Part shown: piece by piece, positions 24,771 to 31,294 of the stretch
Layout: each line of letters starts with the position of its first letter
How positions within the stretch are numbered: position 1 is the first letter of the stretch
Source: a virus
Length of the DNA: 64,000 bases
Reading direction: 5' to 3' (one strand)
IMG/VR virus record: IMGVR_UViG_3300009551_000004
Translations under genes and position numbers: made by a program
The notes under the pieces: generated by a model
What the model saw: only the letters and a program-made list of their open reading frames with translations
Databases searched by the model: none
What the model was told of the DNA's origin: nothing

Positions 24771-24789
24771 ATGTCCCAAGATGGGACAT
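24771..24789 (-). promoter_or_regulatory. Palindromic operator module, site 3
   Basis: ATGTCCCA-AGA-TGGGACAT. Confidence 0.65.
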
Positions 24790-24811
24790 CGGCATACCGC
24801 CGAATGGGCGA

Positions 24812-25132
24812 TCAGTACGTGAGCGTTTGAGAGTCGTAGCACGCGGCGTGCAGCGGCATCCGCTCATGACCACACCACAAGCCGAATTCCTCGGCACAGT
24901 TGCCGTAAATGCCCTCCCGTTCCTGCAATTCCTCGCTCACGGTCGCGTCTTCGCGATGCGGGTTGCCATCCTGCAAATCGGTGGGGCATATCCACGTCGG
25001 CACGCCGTCGTCACTGTCCATGACGGCCTTGTGGCACGCCGGACAATGGCCGATGCATCGGCCGCCGTTCTCATCGGCGGTCGGGCCCGCCATGTGCAGC
25101 ACGGCGCATGTGGTGATCAGCTTGGCGGTCAT
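24812..25132 (-). CDS. Cys-rich hypothetical protein
   Basis: Start MTAKLITTC after GGAAAGGA. Confidence 0.6.
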   Translation of the reverse strand: MTAKLITTCAVLHMAGPTADENGGRCIGHCPACHKAVMDSDDGVPTWICPTDLQDGNPHREDATVSEELQEREGIYGNCAEEFGLWCGHERMPLHAACYDSQTLTY

Positions 25133-25206
25133 GGCGCAATCCTTTCCGATCGAATATCCGTGATGGGGCCCGTCACACACGGGCCCGCTCATGGCGATTC
25201 GATCAG

Positions 25207-25605
25207 TCAGTCAAGCCACGTGAGCGTGGCGATTCGACCGGCCTTGGTGCGGGTGATCCGCGCGTGGCGGATGTCCTTCGTGATGTGATCCACGGTCCAT
25301 CCGTTCTCGACGTCGTACGCGCACGCGGCGTCGGACGACGTCACGAGCGTTTCGCCGTCCGCGAACAGCTTGAAGCGCGGATTGCCGCTCACACTGTTGT
25401 TCAGCCGCTCGTAACGGTGAACGGTGATGACGTCATCGGCCGCAGGCTCTGCGAAGCACGCCTCGCGGAAACGGTACGCGTCGAATCGCGAGGCGTCCGC
25501 TTTGAACATGGCGGAGAATTCGCGCGTCAACTCGTCACGGTTCTCGCCGCCGTACGCGTTGATGATCCGGGCAGCCTCGACGTAGTGCTTCTTTGACATT
25601 GCCAT
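25207..25605 (-). CDS. Hypothetical protein
   Basis: 132-aa ORF in the track. Confidence 0.7.
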   Translation of the reverse strand: MAMSKKHYVEAARIINAYGGENRDELTREFSAMFKADASRFDAYRFREACFAEPAADDVITVHRYERLNNSVSGNPRFKLFADGETLVTSSDAACAYDVENGWTVDHITKDIRHARITRTKAGRIATLTWLD

Positions 25606-25635
25606 GGTGAAAGCCTTTCATTCCGATTCGGGATT

Positions 25636-25672
25636 CCGTGGCCGCACGCGTCCCCCAACCGCGTGTGACCAT
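25636..25672 (-). repeat. G5-loop hairpin family, copy D
   Basis: CCGTGGCCGCACGCG-TCCCCCAAC-CGCGTGTGACCATG. Confidence 0.55.
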
Positions 25673-25683
25673 GAAACGACGAA

Positions 25684-25938
25684 TCAACCAACCTGACCGA
25701 CGGCGAGCGCCAACACGAGAACCGGAACGCCGTTGCGGTCGGTCGTCGCGATGAACTTGTCCGCCTCATAGCGGAAAGTGTCCGACGCGCCATCGCGGTA
25801 CACCCACTGAACCGCGATGAGGTTGTTTTCCGCGTCCACGCGGACAACGCTGCCGTCCAGGTCCTCCCACCGGTTCGGTGAGCCGTTGTACCCCGAGAGG
25901 TAGACGTGCATGCCCTTGGTGACGTCCAGCGTGCGCAT
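25684..25938 (-). CDS. Small hypothetical protein
   Basis: Start MRTLDVTKG after GGAAACGGAACGAGGA. Confidence 0.65.
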   Translation of the reverse strand: MRTLDVTKGMHVYLSGYNGSPNRWEDLDGSVVRVDAENNLIAVQWVYRDGASDTFRYEADKFIATTDRNGVPVLVLALAVGQVG

Positions 25939-25984
25939 GGTGTCCTCGTTCCGTTTCCGACTGTCAATCTGTTGTGCGCTCAGC

Positions 25985-26003
25985 ATGTCCCATCGTGGGA
26001 CAC
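25985..26003 (-). promoter_or_regulatory. Palindromic operator module, site 4
   Basis: ATGTCCCA-TCG-TGGGACAC. Confidence 0.65.
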
Positions 26004-26028
26004 TGTCATACCGCCAAACGGGTTAACC

Positions 26029-26391
26029 TCAGAGGTTCGTGAAGTACGCAGGCACCTCGACATATTCCGGCCACGTGCACTCATCCTCTGTGCACACCCG
26101 GTCGTCGATTCGGTCAATCTGGTCCGTTCCGTCTCCATGTGTGACGAGATCACCATATGCCCAGCAGTACTCGTGCCCGTTTGCGTCGCTATCGTTGGGC
26201 GTGTAGCCGATTTCGTACACCGTGTCGCCCAGATACCAGCGGTCACGTTTCTGGCAGACCTTTGCCCATTCCGGGGATATGTGTTCACGAATGGCAGCGG
26301 CAAGGCAGTCCGAGCCGTGCTTGTCGCTACACACGTAACGCACGGTGTGGGTCTGCCCTTCCGGCCCCCATGCAATATAGATCAGTCCCAT
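26029..26391 (-). CDS. Hypothetical protein
   Basis: Start MGLIYIAWG after GAAAGGAACG. Confidence 0.65.
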   Translation of the reverse strand: MGLIYIAWGPEGQTHTVRYVCSDKHGSDCLAAAIREHISPEWAKVCQKRDRWYLGDTVYEIGYTPNDSDANGHEYCWAYGDLVTHGDGTDQIDRIDDRVCTEDECTWPEYVEVPAYFTNL

Positions 26392-26407
26392 GATCGTTCC
26401 TTTCGCC

Positions 26408-26463
26408 GTCTCAGTGTCCGTGAAAGAGGGCCGTTTCCGGCCCCCCAACACGGTCACTGAGAC
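26408..26463 (-). repeat. G5-loop hairpin family, copy E (composite)
   Basis: Outer stem GTCTCAGTG / CACTGAGAC enclosing CCGTG..GGCCG..CGGCC-CCCCAA-CACGG. Confidence 0.55.
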
Positions 26464-26750
26464 GCACGCCGCCGATACCAGCCCTTGGCAAACGCCAGTG
26501 CGTTCTCAAGCTGTGTGAAGCCGCCCAACCGTTCCTCGTCATCCGGCGTCAATGCGAGGTCCGACCCGCGCACCTCGAACGTGGCCCAGTTGTCGACCGT
26601 CACGCGCTTCAGTTCGACGACCCGGATTCCGTCCACCATGAGCACCGCGTGATCCGCGTACTCTTTCCCGAACGGCGCGGTAGAAAGGTCGTTGCCGTTC
26701 TCCCACAGCAGCGTTTCGAATTCGATGTCATCCACTGCGCTTCCCCTCAC
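26454..26750 (-). CDS. Hypothetical protein
   Basis: 98-aa ORF; GTG start with GTGA overlap. Confidence 0.65.
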   Translation of the reverse strand: MRGSAVDDIEFETLLWENGNDLSTAPFGKEYADHAVLMVDGIRVVELKRVTVDNWATFEVRGSDLALTPDDEERLGGFTQLENALAFAKGWYRRRASQ

Positions 26751-26971
26751 CAGTCATAGTGGAGCACGGGCAGTCCGGCCGAAATGCCGGACACCTCGAC
26801 ACACGCGTTGGTGCATTCCTCGCACTCTCGCACGTGCGCCAACACGTGTTCCGGTTCAACATCCGGCACGCCGTTGCTCACGTGCGCGTCGGTGTCGAAC
26901 ATGAGAAACAATTCATCACATCCTACGGGCTCCCAAAACCGCCCATCGGACATGTCCCACTGCATACGCAT
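26747..26971 (-). CDS. Small hypothetical protein
   Basis: Start MRMQWDMSDG after GGAATCGGAAGGA. Confidence 0.6.
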   Translation of the reverse strand: MRMQWDMSDGRFWEPVGCDELFLMFDTDAHVSNGVPDVEPEHVLAHVRECEECTNACVEVSGISAGLPVLHYDW

Positions 26972-26997
26972 GGCGTCATCCTTCCGATTCCGGGTAT

Positions 26998-27036
26998 CCG
27001 TGGCGACACGCGGCCCCCGTCCGCGTATCACCATGG
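26998..27036 (-). repeat. G5-loop hairpin family, copy C
   Basis: CCGTGGCGACACGCGG-CCCCCGT-CCGCGTATCACCATGG. Confidence 0.65.
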
Positions 27037-27405
27037 TCACTCGGAATCGCGAAACGCGATCACCCATTCGTCATCGTAACCGGCAATCGTCGTCGCCACG
27101 TAGTACCCCGGATTGTCGAGGATGTGCTGCGCCAGATTACCGCCGATGAATTCCGACGGGTGCATGCACGGACCCCGGTAGTTGTACTGGCCGGTCCAAC
27201 CGCGTAGGAGCGTCCACCCGTCGCCGGACACGCGAACATCCTCCGCGCCGTCCGTGTGCGTGTTGTCGTACACCTCGGGAGCGTGCAGACCGCGCGGCTC
27301 ACTGACCGTCCCGTCGCCATGCGAGAGAATCACGTGGCCAATGCTCATGATGTTTTCGAGCGCGTAGGGATTCGAGCGGCTCAGATTGACCGTGATGCGT
27401 TCCAT
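27037..27405 (-). CDS. Hypothetical protein, paralog pair F
   Basis: Start MERITVNLS; shares GW..L.G....NPGYYV with the next gene. Confidence 0.65.
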   Translation of the reverse strand: MERITVNLSRSNPYALENIMSIGHVILSHGDGTVSEPRGLHAPEVYDNTHTDGAEDVRVSGDGWTLLRGWTGQYNYRGPCMHPSEFIGGNLAQHILDNPGYYVATTIAGYDDEWVIAFRDSE

Positions 27406-27422
27406 GTCGTCGCCTTTCCGGT

Positions 27423-27728
27423 TCAGACTGCCGGGTGGTACGCGACGACGAACGTGTTGCGCTTGACGTCCGGGTGGGGCAAGCGCACGTAGTAGCCCGG
27501 CGCGTTCATCATGTCGTACGCCACGCGGTTGCTGATCTCGTCCGTCGGGCCGCACAGCTGGGCCCATCCGCTGCCCAGAACGGCCACGTTGCCGTTTTGC
27601 TGCTCCACGGTCTCCACGTGGTCGAGCGTGCAATTGACCACGATGTCGACCAGCGGCCCGTCCAAGGTGTTCCACACCTCGATCACGCGGTAGTTCTGCA
27701 TCATGTTGCGGAGCGTGCTCGGCTTCAC
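27423..27728 (-). CDS. Hypothetical protein, paralog pair F
   Basis: GTG start after GGAAACGGAACGAGGGA. Confidence 0.6.
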   Translation of the reverse strand: MKPSTLRNMMQNYRVIEVWNTLDGPLVDIVVNCTLDHVETVEQQNGNVAVLGSGWAQLCGPTDEISNRVAYDMMNAPGYYVRLPHPDVKRNTFVVAYHPAV

Positions 27729-27774
27729 GTTGTCCCTCGTTCCGTTTCCGTGTCCTCTGTGGTGCCGGTCAAGC

Positions 27775-27793
27775 ATGTCCCACCGTGGGACAT
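27775..27793 (-). promoter_or_regulatory. Palindromic operator module, site 5
   Basis: ATGTCCCA-CCG-TGGGACAT. Confidence 0.65.
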
Positions 27794-27865
27794 GTGTCTA
27801 CCCCCAAACGAGTGACGCCGGTCACAGAACTTGCTGCCATGTTCCCCCGAACGGAGGTATGCACA

Positions 27866-27884
27866 GTGTCCCACTGTGGGACAT
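27866..27884 (+). promoter_or_regulatory. Palindromic operator module, site 6 (inverted, serves the rightward gene)
   Basis: GTGTCCCA-CTG-TGGGACAT, then GCTT..AACGGAAACGGAAAGGGG..ATG. Confidence 0.65.
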
Positions 27885-27923
27885 GCTTATGCGGCACGAC
27901 AACGGAAACGGAAAGGGGCGACC

Positions 27924-28292
27924 ATGCGAACCACGACCCTCGCGGATTACCTGATCTCGTTTTACGAGACCGACACCGTGGACAATCAGGGCGCACAGTG
28001 CCAGCACTGCCAGGAAATCGGCGCACTAATTACGCACAACGTCAGTTACGCGGGATGCGTCACCGGCGCGATCATGTCGGTGGAGTGTTGCGGCGGCTGC
28101 GCGTCGCGGATCATCCGCGCCAACGCGGACGAGACCTATCAGGTGATCGTGTTCTGGGTGCCGTTCTCCAACGTGCTCCGTGACATCGACGTGCCGTTCT
28201 CTCCCGCGTGGCTCGCCACGTACGAACTGGACATCGTGGATGACCGAATGAACAGCATCGATGACACGCGGCCCCATCCGGACGGCGAGTGA
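27924..28292 (+). CDS. Cys-rich hypothetical protein
   Basis: ATG after AACGGAAACGGAAAGGGG. Confidence 0.7.
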   Translation: MRTTTLADYLISFYETDTVDNQGAQCQHCQEIGALITHNVSYAGCVTGAIMSVECCGGCASRIIRANADETYQVIVFWVPFSNVLRDIDVPFSPAWLATYELDIVDDRMNSIDDTRPHPDGE

Positions 28293-28381
28293 CCACGATT
28301 GACACGGCCGTGCCGGTCACGCACCGACATGCGCCGCGCCAACCGGCGTTCACCATTCCGAATCGGAAAGAGGCACTGATC

Positions 28382-28489
28382 ATGGGTCGTCGTCGTCACC
28401 GTCGTCACTCACACCGCCACGGTGTGGGCCACGCGTTGCTGCGCATTGTGGAGCACATCCTCAGACACGCCGCGCGGGGCATGCGGTAA
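28382..28489 (+). CDS. Small Arg/His-rich peptide (35 aa)
   Basis: ATG after GGAAAGAGG; very short. Confidence 0.35.
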   Translation: MGRRRHRRHSHRHGVGHALLRIVEHILRHAARGMR

Positions 28490-28721
28490 ATCGTGCGTGT
28501 AGGCACACGCATTGCCAATCACACGTCATGCAATTCGCGCGTATTCCATTGTGTGAATTGCTAGACGAACCATCGTGGTAATGCGGCACGGTATGGGACG
28601 ACATCCATCCACACCGTGCCGCGTGCTGCCCGTGCTCGCTGGCCACACAGCGCCGAGGCCCTGTGCCCTGCCGTGTGCCTTGCCGGCCCTGTGCCATGGC
28701 GTACCGGCCCGGCAGGGCGTG

Positions 28722-28856
28722 GCCTTTGGTGGACACGCGCCATGGTGCGTGCCGCTGTGCTGCACGCTGCTGGGCCGGCAAGGGACGCGGTGCCCATGGC
28801 ATGCCTTTGGTGGACACCGTGCTGCACAGCTCGGCAGGGCGTGGCCTTTGGTGGAC
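28722..28856. repeat. GCCTTTGGTGGAC x3 (two copies extended to GGCAGGGCGTGGCCTTTGGTGGAC)
   Basis: Copies at 28722, 28803 and 28844. Confidence 0.8.
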
Positions 28857-29093
28857 GCATGCCCTGCTGCGTGTGTGTACGTACGTGTGTATCGTGCAGT
28901 GTGTACACACGTACGACATGGGCCGTGTGTCGCGACGCGCTCACAGAGCGTGCCTGCCCGTTGTGTCCGCTTCGCGAGCCTCGCCCGCGATGTCCGTTTT
29001 GCCCGCTCTGCACTATATGGGGCGCATTGCGGCGAACGGCACCACCGTTTAGATCCACCGCAAAATTCCTCGATCCAAAAACTTCGTTGAACG

Positions 29094-29144
29094 CTCAACT
29101 ACTTCGTGGCCTCAACCACTTCACGGCCTCAACTACGCCCTATA
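29094..29144. repeat. Three tandem 17-bp CTCAAC(T/C)AC.. iteron-like repeats
   Basis: CTCAAC at 29094, 29111 and 29128, exactly 17 bp apart. Confidence 0.8.
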
Positions 29145-29167
29145 CACCCCCGCCGTCACAAGGCACA

Positions 29168-29542
29168 ATGGCCACCATGACAGCCACGGGTGACTTCTAC
29201 GAAGACGACGAACCGCTCGACCACATTCTCGCCGCTCTTGAAGTCGGCAAAAGGGAGATCACAAAGCACGCGGATGATCCGACTAAAATCGTAGCCCCAT
29301 GGACTCCCGACACCGTTGACGCCCTGAACGCGTTTCAAGCCTGGGGCGTGATGCACCCCTTTACATGCGGCATCGATTCGACCCACGGCACTGGTAAGCT
29401 CCACGCCACCGAGCAGGGCTGGAAGTGCACGGATTCGGAATGCGACTACCGACAGAACTGGGCCCACGCCTTCATGGCCGATCGTGACTTCCCCGTGCGT
29501 GTCGAAGCGCAGTATCAACTGTTCCTGTCTTTGAGCGAGTAG
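29168..29542 (+). CDS. Hypothetical protein
   Basis: Real-looking C-terminal part of the 28616..29542 ORF; first ATG after the repeat block. Confidence 0.65.
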   Translation: MATMTATGDFYEDDEPLDHILAALEVGKREITKHADDPTKIVAPWTPDTVDALNAFQAWGVMHPFTCGIDSTHGTGKLHATEQGWKCTDSECDYRQNWAHAFMADRDFPVRVEAQYQLFLSLSE

Positions 29543-29616
29543 ACTCCCCTGCGAGAAGCGCGGGCGAGCCATTCTCACGACGACACCCAGAACCCCTTCG
29601 ACTCGCCCGCGCTTTT

Positions 29617-30282
29617 TCATTCCCAAAGAAGCCGTCGCCGTTCTCTACATTTGCACCAGGCCTTGACGTGCACTGGTGTGCCCAACGGTGTGACGTAGCA
29701 CGCCTTGTCCATCCTCGGCCACGGCTCCGGTGCGGGCTTCTCCTCGCGTTCCTGCGCGAGTGAGTGCAGGGCAGCCGAAACCTCAGCCGGATCGAACTTC
29801 GGCAAATAACGCGTCCACGTCTCGTCGATTTCCGGTTCCGCGAAGACCTTCAATTCGACGATCGTGGATTCTTTGGCCTTTTCTCCCTCTTCACGTTCAT
29901 GCTGTTCCCGCACCATGCCCATGAGCCTGTCGAGTTCGTCGCCCCAGTACTGGGCGTCGCGGTTCTGGGTGGCCATCGCGCGCCGCCGTTCCCGCTCTCG
30001 CGCGAGCTGGGCGCGAAGCTCGCCGATGGTGTGGGACAGCCGGCCGTTCTGTCTCCGAAGGCTCCTTCGGGTGCGCCGATGATCGTCGCGCTCACGGATG
30101 TAATGCTCGGGGTTGAGGATCGGCCACGTGGCGACTTGTTCATCGGTGTAGTTGTGCCACATCTCCGTGGTCCACGCCCAGATCGCATGCCATGCGTACA
30201 CCATGTCTCCGGACAGTCGAACGACGATGGTGCCGGTGGCGTTGTCGCGTCGGATTTCCGGAAATTTCATGTCCCGATTCAT
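29617..30282 (-). CDS. Hypothetical protein with Arg/Glu coiled-coil segment
   Basis: 221-aa ORF in the track. Confidence 0.7.
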   Translation of the reverse strand: MNRDMKFPEIRRDNATGTIVVRLSGDMVYAWHAIWAWTTEMWHNYTDEQVATWPILNPEHYIRERDDHRRTRRSLRRQNGRLSHTIGELRAQLARERERRRAMATQNRDAQYWGDELDRLMGMVREQHEREEGEKAKESTIVELKVFAEPEIDETWTRYLPKFDPAEVSAALHSLAQEREEKPAPEPWPRMDKACYVTPLGTPVHVKAWCKCRERRRLLWE

Positions 30283-30527
30283 TCGAGTCCGTTCAGGAAT
30301 AGATCGGCTGTGGCGCGATCGTGAAGTCGCTTTTTGAGCGCGTCGACTGCGTCGCGAATGAGCTGCTTGAGCGTGTCCTCGTTGACGTACATCATTTTCG
30401 AGCCGGTTTCGAGCCGTCCTGGCTGGACGGCCCAGTGCAGAGAGATGATGTCATCCTGGACATAAAGCCGAATGTCGTCGGGACAGTTGCCATGTGTGCA
30501 TCGGCATTCAATCATTCCTTGCCCCAT
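30279..30527 (-). CDS. Small hypothetical protein
   Basis: 82-aa ORF with ATGA coupling. Confidence 0.65.
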   Translation of the reverse strand: MGQGMIECRCTHGNCPDDIRLYVQDDIISLHWAVQPGRLETGSKMMYVNEDTLKQLIRDAVDALKKRLHDRATADLFLNGLE

Positions 30528-30640
30528 TCAAAGCGCATGTCGTCCGGTAGGCCCCATGTGGCGCGCGCCCACTCGGTGAGCTCGACCGCGAGCCGGTCCA
30601 TACGTTCAATGAGCCATTGACGGTACTCGTCTTCGGTCAC
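30512..30640 (-). CDS. Small hypothetical protein (42 aa)
   Basis: GTG after CAAGGA; the track ORF starts at a TTG inside a hairpin. Confidence 0.35.
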   Translation of the reverse strand: MTEDEYRQWLIERMDRLAVELTEWARATWGLPDDMRFEWGKE

Positions 30641-30659
30641 GGGCTGTCCTTGACATAGG

Positions 30660-30692
30660 GGAACCCCGGGACGTCTCCAGTCCCGGGGTTCC
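30660..30692 (-). terminator. Hairpin downstream of the tRNA-like region
   Basis: 12-bp stem GGAACCCCGGGA / TCCCGGGGTTCC. Confidence 0.55.
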
Positions 30693-30774
30693 AAGTATTC
30701 ATCGTTTTCAAGTCGATGATGCCATTTTGTCTGCGCACGTCAACGGCGGTACAGCACGCGAATCAATCTGAGGG

Positions 30775-31024
30775 CGTCATGCTCTGCCTATTGAGCTACC
30801 AATCCATGGTGCAGGATCCCGACTGACACCGAGATCCTGCTGACAACGTGACGCGGAGAAGCGGAAACGCGCCACATTGTAAAGGGGTGTGAAACCTACG
30901 CATTGGCACAGATTGCCGCGCAGTCCCACGTGCGCCACTTCCTCCGTTTCCGTCGATGTAGTCGGAAAGGTACAAGCTGGAGTGGCGAGAGGATTGGGCC
31001 GGGCTCGAACCGGCAACCCTGACG
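30775..31024 (-). ncRNA. Permuted tRNA-like unit 2 (3' half 31024-30990, 5' half 30805-30775)
   Basis: The 3' half reads CGTCA-GGGTT-GCCGG-TTCGAGC-CCGGC-CCAATCC-T. The 5' half reads GGATTGG-TA-GCTC-AATAGGCA-GAGC-A-TGACG. Acceptor pairs 7/7 and anticodon stem 5/5, but only across the permuted halves. Confidence 0.5.
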
Positions 31025-31091
31025 TTCTAGTTCACGTGCGGTCGATTTGACGTGATGGCGGGGGGTTTGAGTTTTGACCAAGAATCTAAGG

Positions 31092-31186
31092 TTGGGAGTG
31101 CGTCGCCTCTGCCAATTGGGCTACCACACCACGAAGCTCGAAGAGGTGAGAGGTGTGGGAAGGGTTCGAACCTCCACTGAAACGCA
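31092..31186 (-). ncRNA. Permuted tRNA-like unit 1 (3' half 31186-31151, 20-nt linker, 5' half 31130-31092; anticodon loop CTCCCAA)
   Basis: The 3' half reads TGCGT-TTCAGT-GGAGG-TTCGAAC-CCTTC-CCACACC-T. The 5' half reads GGTGTGG-TA-GCCC-AATTGGCAG-AGGC-G-ACGCA-CTCCCAA. Confidence 0.55.
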
Positions 31187-31246
31187 CTGACGTTCAGGCT
31201 GAAACTCAAGTTCAGCTTGTGGTCAGGTACTACCTTATCACGTGCG

Positions 31247-31290
31247 CGCGGGTCAGGCAATGTGCATGTGCGAATTGCCTGACCCGCGTC
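31247..31290 (-). terminator. Hairpin terminator after 31295..32029
   Basis: 14-bp stem GCGGGTCAGGCAAT / ATTGCCTGACCCGC. Confidence 0.7.
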
Positions 31291-31294
31291 GCCT

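Noticed and set aside
28526-29098. Cluster of 130-190-aa ORFs overlapping in four or more frames
   Set aside because: Mutually exclusive overlapping frames with extreme Ala/Arg/Cys/Pro composition over a region made of direct repeats and Pu-Py tracts. Interpreted as noncoding. Only the part from ATG 29168 looks like protein.
21654-29144. CRISPR array interpretation of the various direct repeats (TGTCC array, CTCAAC iterons, GCCTTTGGTGGAC copies)
   Set aside because: Repeat units are 9-24 bp with no unique spacers of regular length, and no cas genes are present. They do not fit CRISPR architecture.
30775-31186. Normal-order or intron-containing interpretation of the tRNA-like halves. A tmRNA (two-piece) interpretation was also considered.
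   Set aside because: Pairing the 5' half at 31130 with the downstream 3' half at 31024 gives a 5/7 acceptor and no anticodon stem, and no TGCGT exists downstream. Both units have full D and anticodon arms, which tmRNA lacks. No tag ORF or pseudoknot pattern was seen.
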